Assembly: GCA_964658025.1 (NCBI GenBank)
Contig: CAZZXB010000035.1
Location: 1 to 20,600 of the forward strand
Reading direction: 5' to 3'
Source of the DNA: an uncultured Janthinobacterium sp.
GTDB lineage: Bacteria; Vulcanimicrobiota; Vulcanimicrobiia; Vulcanimicrobiales; Vulcanimicrobiaceae
DNA length: 20,600 nucleotides
In this document: piece after piece, positions 15,843-20,600 of the stretch
How positions within the stretch are numbered: the stretch's first letter is position 1
Layout: every line of letters begins with the position of its first letter
The notes under the pieces: model-generated
Told to the model about the DNA's origin: nothing
The model's database searches: none
The model's input: the letters and a program-made list of their open reading frames with translations, nothing else
Position numbers and translations under genes: made by a program

Positions 15843-16031
15843 ATGATGCGGACGATGCTCTCGGCGCTCGCGGCGACGCCGCTCCCGATCGCGACGCCGA
15901 ATGCGAACGGCACGGCGCCGAACGTCGTCTTGCTCGATACGATCGTCTTCCTCGTCGGCGTCGCGATCTTCGGCGGGCTCACCGCCTATTTCGCGCGTCG
16001 GATCTTTTTCGAGAAAGACGACGACGGATAG
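15843..16031 (+). CDS. Small single-pass membrane protein (58-62 aa)
   Basis: MMRTMLSALAATPLPIATPNANGTAPNVVLLDTIVFLVGVAIFGGLTAYFARRIFFEKDDDG*. Clean TM helix followed by RR; typical codon usage. Start at 15843, 15846 or 15855. Confidence 0.65.
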   Translation: MMRTMLSALAATPLPIATPNANGTAPNVVLLDTIVFLVGVAIFGGLTAYFARRIFFEKDDDG

Positions 16032-16062
16032 GCGCGACCGCTCGGTCGCGGAAAGTAAGAAC

Positions 16063-17427
16063 ATGATTGTCAGCAAGCCCGCGCATCCGCCGACGGTTCC
16101 CGGATGGAAGCTCCAGCGGCGAGGGTTCGTCGATCTCCCCGACTACCTGCGCGAGACGAGTGCGGCGCTCGGACCGATCGTCCGCTTCGCGCGGGCGCTC
16201 ATCGTGAGCGACGTCTACTTCGTGAACGAGCCCGCCGCGGTCGAAGAGGTGATGGTCTCCAAAGCGGCTTCGTTCGTGAAGGGGCGCGGCACGGTCCGAC
16301 TGCGGCGCCTGCTCGGCAACGGCTTGCTCACGGCCGAAAAACCCGAGCATCTCCCGCATCGGCGGCTCGTCGCGCCCGCGTTCCATCGGAAGCGGCTCGA
16401 CGCGTACGCGCGCGTGATGACGGACGCGTCGCTCGCGAGCGTCGCGTCGTGGCGCGACGGCGAGATCGTCGACGTCGATCGCGAGACGAATCGACTCGCG
16501 CTCGAGATCGCGTCGAAGGCGCTCTTCGGTGCGGATCTCCGCGGCGACGTCGGCACGATCTCGGAGGCGCTCGAAGCGTCGATGAAGCGCTTCCCGCAGA
16601 TGATGATCCCGTTTAGCGAACTGCTCGATCACGTGCCGTTACCGTGGAATCTCGAGTTCAAGGCGAATCGCAAGAAGCTCGACGACGTCGTGTGGCGGAT
16701 GATCCGCGAACATCGCGCCGACGGCGTCGATCGCGGCGACGTGCTCTCGATGCTCCTCGGATCGCGAGACGAAACGGGCGTGCGGCTCGACGACGAGCAG
16801 ATCCGCGACGAAGCGATGACGATCTTACTCGCCGGTCACGAAACGACGGCGAACGCGCTCGCCTGGACGTTCTATCTCCTCCAACGCAACCCTGAGATCG
16901 AGGCGCGGCTCGTCGCGCACGTCGACGGCGTGCTCGGCGATCGCGTGCCGACGATCGACGACGTGCCGAAGCTGACGTACGTGCGCGCGGTGTTCTCCGA
17001 GGTGATGCGGCTCTATCCGCCGGCGTGGGTCACGGGACGTCGGGCGATCGCCCCCGTCGAGATCGGCGGCCACACGTTACGGAAGAACGACGTCGTGATC
17101 GTCTCGCAATACGTCATGCATCGCGATCCGCGATTTTGGCCCGACCCCGAGCGTTTCGATCCCGACCGGTTCGCGACGACGGCGACGCCGCGTCCGTCGT
17201 TCTCGTACTTTCCGTTCGGCGGCGGAACGCGGATCTGCATCGGCGAGGCCTTCGCGTGGACCGAGGGGATCGTCGCGCTCGCGACGATCCTCGGGCGCGC
17301 GCGGCTCGAGCGGGTCGACGCGGGCGAGGTGAGAACGATGCCGCTCGTCACGCTCCGGCCGCGTACGCCGATCCACGCCCGGGTCCGACTGCGGACGCAC
17401 GTTCCGGCGACGGTCGGCGGATCATGA
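16063..17427 (+). CDS. Cytochrome P450
   Basis: ATG at 16063. GNGLL, I-helix AGHETT, K-helix EVMR, PERF, heme motif FGGGTRICIG. Confidence 0.97.
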   Translation: MIVSKPAHPPTVPGWKLQRRGFVDLPDYLRETSAALGPIVRFARALIVSDVYFVNEPAAVEEVMVSKAASFVKGRGTVRLRRLLGNGLLTAEKPEHLPHRRLVAPAFHRKRLDAYARVMTDASLASVASWRDGEIVDVDRETNRLALEIASKALFGADLRGDVGTISEALEASMKRFPQMMIPFSELLDHVPLPWNLEFKANRKKLDDVVWRMIREHRADGVDRGDVLSMLLGSRDETGVRLDDEQIRDEAMTILLAGHETTANALAWTFYLLQRNPEIEARLVAHVDGVLGDRVPTIDDVPKLTYVRAVFSEVMRLYPPAWVTGRRAIAPVEIGGHTLRKNDVVIVSQYVMHRDPRFWPDPERFDPDRFATTATPRPSFSYFPFGGGTRICIGEAFAWTEGIVALATILGRARLERVDAGEVRTMPLVTLRPRTPIHARVRLRTHVPATVGGS

Positions 17428-18042
17428 GGTCGCGAACCCGCGCGAGATCTCGAAGCGCACGCGTTTGACGAGCGGCGCGGTCTCCGACTCGTAGCGCGCG
17501 AGCGTCGCCTCGTTGGCGGCGATCGCGTCCCCGTCTTTCATGAAGGCGTGATTCACGCGGACGTTCATCGCCGCGGCGCGGAGCGCGGCGCTCGCGAACT
17601 CGGCCGCACAGCCGAGATCGCTCTCGAGATTTTTGTTCTCGAATGCGAGCGCGCGTTCGGCGAGCACCGCGACGAGCTTCGCCGTCTCCGCCGCGCGGAG
17701 CGGCGCGGCCGCGGCGCCCGCGAGCGCCGCCTGGAGTTCGGCGGTCCGCGCCGCTTTCTCGTCGGGCGTCGCCTTCGGTCGCGCCATCGCGTCCATCACG
17801 CGAGCGTAGGCGGTCTCGTCTTCCACACGCTCGCGAAGCGAGCGTTCGCGGAGCCGATCGGCCTTCGCGATGATGTCGTCCGCCAGCTCGCGGACGGCGG
17901 CGAATTTCGGATTCGCCGCGGTGATGCGCGCGACCATGGCGACCAAAGCCGCCCCTGCGGCTGCGACGATCGTCGCAGCGCTTCCGCCGCCGGGTGCGGG
18001 TGCCGCGGATGCGAGGGAGTCTAGATACGATTCCAATTCCAC
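17422..18042 (-). CDS. Cyclodeaminase/cyclohydrolase family protein (stand-alone FTCD C-terminal domain, FchA-like)
   Basis: YLDSLASAAPAPGGGSAA...ALVAMVA, DETAY..VMDA, PL, NLESD, AAMNVRVN. Likely GTG start at 18042. Confidence 0.92.
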   Translation of the reverse strand: MELESYLDSLASAAPAPGGGSAATIVAAAGAALVAMVARITAANPKFAAVRELADDIIAKADRLRERSLRERVEDETAYARVMDAMARPKATPDEKAARTAELQAALAGAAAAPLRAAETAKLVAVLAERALAFENKNLESDLGCAAEFASAALRAAAMNVRVNHAFMKDGDAIAANEATLARYESETAPLVKRVRFEISRGFATS

Positions 18043-18051
18043 CGCTGGGGA

Positions 18052-19416
<1,365 letters not shown>

Positions 19417-20600
19417 TTGGCGTATCGTAGACTCTTCACGTCGGAGTCCGTGACCGAGGGCCATCCCGACAAGGTCGCGGATCAAATCTCGGACGCCGTC
19501 CTCGACGCGATCCTCAAGGACGACCCGATGGGACGCGTCGCGTGCGAGACGTTCGTCATCACGGGTCAGGTCCACATCGGCGGAGAGATCACGACCTCGA
19601 CGTACGCCGACATCCCGAAGATCGTGCGCTCGACGATCGCGGATATCGGCTACAACCACTCGAGCGTCGGCTTCGACTCGTCGACCTGCGGCGTCTCGGT
19701 CTCGATCGACGAGCAGTCGGCCGACATCGCGATGGGCGTCGACGAATCGTACGAAACCAAGGGCGGCAACCACGATCCCTTCGAGCTCACGGGCGCGGGC
19801 GATCAGGGGATGATGTTCGGCTACGCGTGCCGCGAGACGGCCGAACTCATGCCGCTCCCGATCGTGCTCGCGCACAACCTCACGCGCGAGCTCGCGACGA
19901 AGCGCAAGGACGGCTCGATCGCGTGGTTGCGACCCGACGCGAAGTCGCAGGTGACGGTCGAGTACGACGGCGCGAAACCCGTGCGCGTCGACGCGGTCGT
20001 CATCTCGACCCAGCACGATCCCGACGTCTCGCTCGACGAGATCCGCGCGACCGTGCGCGAGCGGATCATCGAGCCCGTCATCCCGGGCGCGTTGTTCGAT
20101 CGCGAGACGCGGGTCTACGTCAATCCGACCGGCCGTTTCGTCATCGGCGGACCGATGGGCGACGCGGGCCTGACGGGACGCAAGATCATCGCCGACACCT
20201 ACGGCGGGATGGCGCGTCACGGCGGCGGCGCGTTCTCCGGCAAGGATCCGACGAAGGTCGATCGCTCGGCCGCCTACGCGGCGCGGTACGTCGCGAAGCA
20301 CGTCGTCGCGGCGGGTCTCGCCGAGCGTTGCGAGGTGCAGGTCGCGTACGCGATCGGCGTCGCGCGTCCGATGAGCGTGCTCGTCGAGACGTTCGGCACC
20401 GCGACGATCCCCGAGGAGAAGATCGCGGAGCTCGTCCAGGCGCACTTCGACCTGCGGCCCGCCGCGATCATCGCGAACCTCGACCTCCGCCGTCCGATCT
20501 ATCGTCAGACGGCCTCGTACGGCCACTTCGGGCGTCCCGATCTCGATCTGCCGTGGGAGCGTCTCGAGAAGGTCGACGCGCTTCGCGAGGCGGCGGGCGT
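19417..20600 (+). CDS. metK: S-adenosylmethionine synthetase (3' end just beyond the window)
   Basis: Not in the ORF track; TTG at 19417 gives [79 protein letters not shown]. Confidence 0.98.
   Translation, partial: MAYRRLFTSESVTEGHPDKVADQISDAVLDAILKDDPMGRVACETFVITGQVHIGGEITTSTYADIPKIVRSTIADIGYNHSSVGFDSSTCGVSVSIDEQSADIAMGVDESYETKGGNHDPFELTGAGDQGMMFGYACRETAELMPLPIVLAHNLTRELATKRKDGSIAWLRPDAKSQVTVEYDGAKPVRVDAVVISTQHDPDVSLDEIRATVRERIIEPVIPGALFDRETRVYVNPTGRFVIGGPMGDAGLTGRKIIADTYGGMARHGGGAFSGKDPTKVDRSAAYAARYVAKHVVAAGLAERCEVQVAYAIGVARPMSVLVETFGTATIPEEKIAELVQAHFDLRPAAIIANLDLRRPIYRQTASYGHFGRPDLDLPWERLEKVDALREAAG

Overview
High-GC, gene-dense bacterial chromosomal window from a diderm (it encodes a TonB-dependent receptor and an RseB/MucB-like protein). 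The sequence style is suggestive of Vulcanimicrobiota/Eremiobacterota, but that is a weak inference. Gene order: 3' end of a Ppx/GppA phosphatase; tRNA-Leu(TAA); etfB-etfA; secreted TPR protein; HDAC-family deacetylase; MauE/DoxX protein; TlpA-like thioredoxin; GT39/ArnT-like glycosyltransferase (all +). Then a co-oriented minus-strand block, in transcription order: RAPP-tailed membrane leader protein, TonB-dependent receptor, His/Met-rich exported protein, ECF sigma factor, zinc anti-sigma factor, RseB/MucB-like protein. Then hypothetical protein + PHP phosphoesterase (+), ferritin-like protein (-), small membrane protein + cytochrome P450 (+), cyclodeaminase/cyclohydrolase (-), and ahcY-metK (+, metK running off the window). 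No mobile element or CRISPR array is seen. The best candidate for a novel system is the 177-aa, roughly four-TM, His/Glu-bearing, CxxC-less leader ending in RRRGRAPPTRP. Its stop-codon region can pair with the Shine-Dalgarno of the downstream receptor, suggesting a ribosome-arrest-controlled metal-uptake operon. The second candidate is a structured, SD-sequestering leader upstream of ahcY-metK that does not resemble the SAM/SAH riboswitch classes I know.
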